Assembly: GCA_964016885.1 (NCBI GenBank)
Contig: OZ024748.1
Span: 45,756,001-45,820,000, forward strand
DNA: 64,000 nucleotides
Origin: Eledone cirrhosa
Taxonomy: Eukaryota
Direction: 5' to 3'
Every line of letters starts with the position of its first letter. Position 1 is the stretch's first letter. Of the stretch, positions 58,742 to 64,000 are shown in pieces. Below the pieces are notes generated by a model. It saw only the letters and a list, made by a program, of their open reading frames with translations, searched no databases and was not told where the DNA came from. A program made the translations under genes and the position numbers.

Positions 58742-58891
<150 letters not shown>

Positions 58892-58936
58892 ATGATATAT
58901 ATATCAATGATATTAATATATATATATATATATATA

Positions 58937-58972
<36 letters not shown>

Positions 58973-59034
58973 TATATATATATATATATATCAATGATAT
59001 TAATAAATGGAAACTATATATATAAAACGATATT

Positions 59035-59095
59035 TATTCTATTATATATATTTCAAGGGTACCAAAACTTTGGTACTCCCTCATCAGATAAAATA
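59035..59095 (-). ncRNA. type I hammerhead ribozyme
   Basis: tattttat CTGATGA gggagtaccaa agtt ttggtaccctt GAAA tatata TA atagaata. Confidence 0.8.
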
Positions 59096-59255
59096 GAAAG
59101 TTTGTTTTATAAATATTGACATATCCAGGAACGAGATCTTAACAGTTCAAGTTTTACCTGTCCAGAAAACATGTCGAGTGCTTCGAATCAGTTATATATA
59201 TATATAGTTGTTGAATTTCCAACAAATTAAATAACCATTTGCTTATATAAATATA

Positions 59256-60129
59256 CGAGGTGTGCAGAAAAGTTCCAGGACTGATGTCACAAAAGATTTA
59301 TTTCAAACCCAAACTTCACACTAAGAGTTTTCTCCTTCAAAGTAACCCCCCTGGAGTATGTAACTGTAATCTTAGCTCTCTGAAGCGATCAAACTTTTTT
59401 CTTCATAATTTTATATACATGTCCTCAGTTTCAGGTCGTCAAGCAATGAGCACAGAGCAACGAACAAACGTGAAGTTTCTCGTACGGTTGGGGAAAACTC
59501 CGTCAGAAGCACTGGAATTGCTGCAGCAAGTGCATGGAGATGAGACGATGTCACGCTCGCGTAATTTTGGGTGGTGCAAGAGGTTTAAAGAAGGACGCGA
59601 GGACGTGGAAGATGACCCCAGGAGCGGAAGGCAAATGGTGCGTAGCGATCGTCGGCTGACTGTTCGACTGATGGCAAATGAACTGGGCATGAATTGGGAC
59701 AGCGTCTGGAAGATTCTCACTGAAGATTTGGACATGCGGAAAGTCTGCGCGAAGATGGTGCCAAAACTGCTGAACGATGACCAGAAGGGTCAACGCATGC
59801 AAGTGTGCCAGGACATCTTCGAGCGTCTTGAAAACGAACCAGAGTTGCTAGGGAGAGTCATCACCGGTGATGAGTCATGTATCTTCGAGTACGACCCGGA
59901 GGGGACCCGTTTTGAAGACGTGGACGACATCAAAAAGGCCGTGACGACGGAACTACGGAGGATCCCGGAAGAATCCTTCCAGGAGTGCACGCAACTGTGG
60001 CAGAAAAGGATGGAAAAGTGCATTAGACTCAAGGGGGATTACTTTGAAAGAGAAAACTCTTAGTGTGAAGTTTGGGTTTGAAATAAATCTTTTGTGACAT
60101 CAGTCCTGGAACTCTTCTAACACACCTCG
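59256..60129 (+). mobile_element. internally deleted mariner transposon
   Basis: About 95-bp inverted repeats (59256-59350 and 60033-60129), TA on both sides, mariner transposase motifs. Confidence 0.95.
59446..60063 (+). CDS. mariner transposase, in-frame deleted (HTH retained, DD34D incomplete)
   Basis: EQRTNVKF..LGK, RFKEGRE.VEDDPRSGR, KMVPKLL, ITGDES.IFEYDPE joined directly to GTRFEDV...GDYFE. Confidence 0.8.
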   Translation: MSTEQRTNVKFLVRLGKTPSEALELLQQVHGDETMSRSRNFGWCKRFKEGREDVEDDPRSGRQMVRSDRRLTVRLMANELGMNWDSVWKILTEDLDMRKVCAKMVPKLLNDDQKGQRMQVCQDIFERLENEPELLGRVITGDESCIFEYDPEGTRFEDVDDIKKAVTTELRRIPEESFQECTQLWQKRMEKCIRLKGDYFERENS

Positions 60130-60140
60130 TATATATATAA

Positions 60141-60202
<62 letters not shown>

Positions 60203-60203
<1 letters not shown>

Positions 60204-60972
60204 ATTCACAAGAATCAAAGCTATGTTCAAAGCATTTATTCACTTATAATTGTTTCATCCAAACCTAGGCTTGGAGTCTTCGGAGCATTTTTCAATGTTT
60301 GTACACATGCTTGACCCCCTTTCCAACGCAAGAGACATACAGATACATATGTATATATAGATGTACAGTGGAGTGACATATATTATATTATATTTCTGTA
60401 TAGCAATTCAAATTCAAAATCAAAATCACATTAAAAGAAAATCAAAGAAAAATTAAAATACAATCGGCAGTTAACATAGATAATGCAAGAGGATAGTTTG
60501 TTAGTCAGATGTAGTAGTTATTTTAGTTATTTTACGCGTTAGTTACACGTGGGGCATGCACGTGTGTCTCATTTATATATGATTATTGTGCGGCAGGGTG
60601 TTACATGTAATAGAAGCACTTAAAGCGGGTAAGTAAGAGTATTATGGAGGTTGTAGTGGTAAGGTATTTTTTGTATAAGATACAGAAGTATGCGTGCAGA
60701 AAAATAGTATAAAGGAGAAGCAAAAGAAAGTTATGGTTTTTGTATCCACAACCATTTTCACATTCAATAAACGTAATATAAATGCTTTGAACATAGCTTT
60801 GATTCTTGTGAATTCTATATAACTGCTCTGAAGAACAACTGATGTTATTACATTGAGCTATTGATCTTACTGGTAATAAGGTAGTAATAAATTACTGACC
60901 TTCACTGTTTAGGGTTTAAAATATATATAACTATAAAAAGTTTTAGTATATACATAACCATAAATAGTATCC

Positions 60973-60980
<8 letters not shown>
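60203..60980. mobile_element. fold-back element, CCGAAGA-hammerhead family (hammerhead 60241-60287 -)
   Basis: 60203-60238 is inverted with 60779-60815. Tail gctc...gagc. Similar to 277-790. Confidence 0.65.
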
Positions 60981-61023
<43 letters not shown>

Positions 61024-61029
<6 letters not shown>

Positions 61030-61374
61030 GAGATGAAATCGAAAATGCAACTGGAGTCTTATTTAAAAAAATATATATATATATTTATTTGGTTTCTTTA
61101 CCGGTTTCGCAGTTCTTCTGCTTTTCAAAAGGTGAGTTGAGATGGAGGGTCTGTGGTTTTTCTCACATCCGTGAGAAAACCACAGACCCTCCACCTCAAC
61201 TCACCTTTTGAAAAGCAGAAGAACTGCGAAACCGGTAAAGGAACCAAATAAATATATATATTTAAAAAAAAAAATAAGACTCCAGTTGCATTTTCGATTT
61301 CATCTCTTTTTCTTTATACTTTCACTCGTGTAGGACACCTCGGTTATTTTTCATTTTGTAAAAAAAAACATCAC

Positions 61375-61380
<6 letters not shown>
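61024..61380 (+). mobile_element. fold-back element, TTGAAAA-hammerhead family
   Basis: Palindrome 61024-61310, centre about 61169. Relative at 36848-37080. Confidence 0.75.
61204..61241 (+). ncRNA. minimal hammerhead with U3-A8 compensatory core
   Basis: cctt TTGAAAA gcag aagaa ctgc GAAA ccgg TA aagg. Mirror at 61095-61132 (-). Confidence 0.65.
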
Positions 61381-61412
<32 letters not shown>

Positions 61413-61552
61413 TAGGCTCTCCACAGCCCCGGCGGACAAAATCGAGAAGTTGTTTCCCCGTATAGAGTGGACACTGAAACACTGAATGATATAAAACAAA
61501 AATAACTTTTGGAAACATGGATTTTTAATTTTTATTATTTTATTTGGAAATA

Positions 61553-62215
61553 GGGCGGTGGATTGGCAGTATCAATAGAGAGTTGGACGTCATGCTTTGC
61601 AGCATAGAGTTACGGCCCTTTATGGTCTGAGTTCAAATCCCGCCGAGGTTAACTTTGCCTTTCATCCTTACGAGGTAGATAGAATAAAGTACCAGGCTGG
61701 CATTGGGGTCGATTTAATCGACTTTCCTCTCCCCCCAAAATTACTAGCCTTGAGACTATACGAGAGATCATTATTATTAATTGGAAATAGGACAGTGGAT
61801 TGGCAGAATCGGTAGAGAGTCGGATGCCATGCTTTGAAGCATAGAGTTACGGCCCTTTATGGTCTGAGTTCAAACCCCACCGAGATTTACTCTGTCTTTC
61901 ATCCTTACGGAGTCGATGAAATAAAGTACCAGTAACGCACTGCGGTCGATTTAATCGACTTTCCCCTCCCCCAAAAAATTGCTTGCATCGTGCTTATATA
62001 AGAAACCATTATTTTATTTGGAAAGGACGGTGAATTGGCAGTATCGGTAGAGGGTCTGACGCCATGCTTTGCAGCAAAGCGTTACAGCTCTTTATGGTCT
62101 GAGTTCAAAACCCGCCGAGGTTAACTTTGCCTTTCATCCTTACGGGGTCGATAAAATAAAGTACCAGTAATACACTGGAATAATTGCTGGCCTTGAGCCA
62201 AAAGTAGAAACGATT
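61553..62215 (+). mobile_element. three tandem OK-like SINEs (61553-61760, 61790-62010, 62027-62215)
   Basis: Consensus match, each preceded by attattt..ttggaaa. Confidence 0.85.
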
Positions 62216-63683
62216 ATTTTATTTGGAAATATAAGTAATGGATTTTTACCGTAATATGTGTAAAAAACAACAAAGGATGCTCTAAAACCTGCAAAAGAAA
62301 ATAAAATAAAAATATAAAAGATTGAAAACGAACAAGTTTTTTCCGTGCTTAGAGAAGAAGACATTTTAAATGGTCGGTAGGGTGCGTACAATTTGAGATA
62401 GCAGCAGAGGTTGTTCTAACATCGCATGACTAATCCAAACCACTGCACCAAATTCGTGTCAAAAAATAAACCACTTGCTTCCATCCTATTACACAACACT
62501 AGATATAAAAAAAAGAAAGCCCGGTTATAAACAGAGACGGCGTGGTCACACCTAGTTTCCTTTATAACGTTTGTAAAATCTATCAATGTTGTATTGTACT
62601 TTGGGCGTTGATTTCTGGTTTAAGGTCACTTCAATGTATTAATGAACAATACATGTTGTTCGTTCTATAATATACTACTACACATTAAAGAGCATTGTTA
62701 TCACGACTGAACCACATTGAATTGACTAATACTAGATAATAAAAATGAATCAAAATATAGTCTTCATGTTTGCTGTGCTTACGATTGTAAATTCACGAGT
62801 TCTATTGTAGGACCAGGAGGCAGTTTGTGTCTTTATTTTCCGTTGTTCCAGTCCACTCATCTGGCAAAACAATGAGTTGTACCTATAATTCAAGGGGCCA
62901 GTTCTGTCCCATATTGTGTTACTCTGAATTGCTCAACAAGTTCTTTGTCCCTCTGATTTGGAAAAAAATGTCTTTCGTCGGCGGTCTTCAATTTTTATGT
63001 AACTTGTGTGCAGCGAAACAATTCTTCAAAGATTCTCATCTGAATCATCATTGCAGTAAATTTATATTGGAGATTTTACTGAAGATGAATGAAAAAATAA
63101 TTTCATACTAAGAATGATAGGGGAAGGCGCAGGGAGCGGTAAATTCTGCACCCCTGTCTAAGTGGTGCATCTCAACTGCATCCAGCGAACAAGATATGGA
63201 AAGCATTGCCGTGAAGAACAGACAGCGGGACTCACTGTGTCAGTCACTCCCACCTCTCAGGTTCCTTCCTTGGCTGAGGTGCAGTCCTCTCGATTTTGCG
63301 GAGGAAAATAGCAGTTCAAGAACCGAGGACACTAAAGGCCACGTCCGTGACAGACAGGAAAATCTAACGGTCTGTCAGATCCATCTATCTAACTATAGAA
63401 AATATTGTGAGTTTTTGTCATATCTGATGCTAGGGTTTACAACCTTCTCCAGAAAAAATAGAATTGTATATCTTTCAGTTCTTTCTTACAAGGAGTAAAT
63501 CTTCAGTATTTTAAATCACTCTCAATAATCTTGGTCTTCAAGGGGATAAATTTTAGGCGGTATTACACGAGTACTAATCCACCGAGATTCGAACCTGCGA
63601 ATAATCGGATTGAATTGTGGATAATTTGCTAATTCAGTTAATTCTGACATAATAATTGAAGACATTCACATAATCAAAATATA

Positions 63684-63751
63684 TGTTTTATTATATATAT
63701 TTCGAAGGTACTGTGCTGTTTTTTCAGTACGTCCTCGTCAGATAAAATACA
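63684..63751 (-). ncRNA. type I hammerhead ribozyme (same family as 3309-3375)
   Basis: gtattttat CTGACGA ggacgtactg aaaaaacagca cagtaccttc GAAA tatata TA ataaaacat. Confidence 0.75.
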
Positions 63752-64000
63752 TGAATTGATGTATGACATACCTCAACGGTCTTGATAGTTCAATTCCAGT
63801 ATTAGTAGTTATTTATTACAACAAATCTCAACATTTATATACCACAAATAATAACATGATAAACTTAAAGTTAAAGAAGAAGAGGGTGTGGAGCGAGATA
63901 TAGGTATATGAAGGGGGTGAATATGAGGAAATGCAAGAAGAAAATAAATAAATACATACATACATAAATATTTAAATGTGTAAACAGAAGTATTAGGGAA

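Noticed and set aside
63120-63500. GC-richer unique segment with a 100-aa ORF
   Set aside because: No recognisable domain or clear splice signals. A host exon cannot be excluded without RNA-seq.

Overview
AT-rich eukaryotic repeat-dense DNA. It is probably from an octopod cephalopod, judged from two octopus-type tRNA-derived SINE families. No host gene is recognisable, and most ORF-track entries are translations of (TA)n/(CA)n/(GT)n microsatellites. Identifiable transposon cargo: a near full-length L1/Tx1-type LINE (about 44140-49926) plus two relatives, RTE and CRE fragments, a decayed hAT-like transposase and an internally deleted mariner. The most striking structure is more than 20 short (100-800 bp) elements from about 10 sequence-unrelated families embedded in (TA)n tracts. 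They share one architecture: a fold-back inverted repeat, outward-facing type I hammerhead ribozymes (several with non-canonical cores: U3-A8, U4C, U4A), and an unpaired 3' tail carrying a covarying RCTC...GAGY motif just beyond where the short arm stops. This fits Penelope-like element termini. The cross-family tail signal and fixed breakpoint are my inference. All folds and alignments were done by eye, so coordinates are approximate to a few bases.
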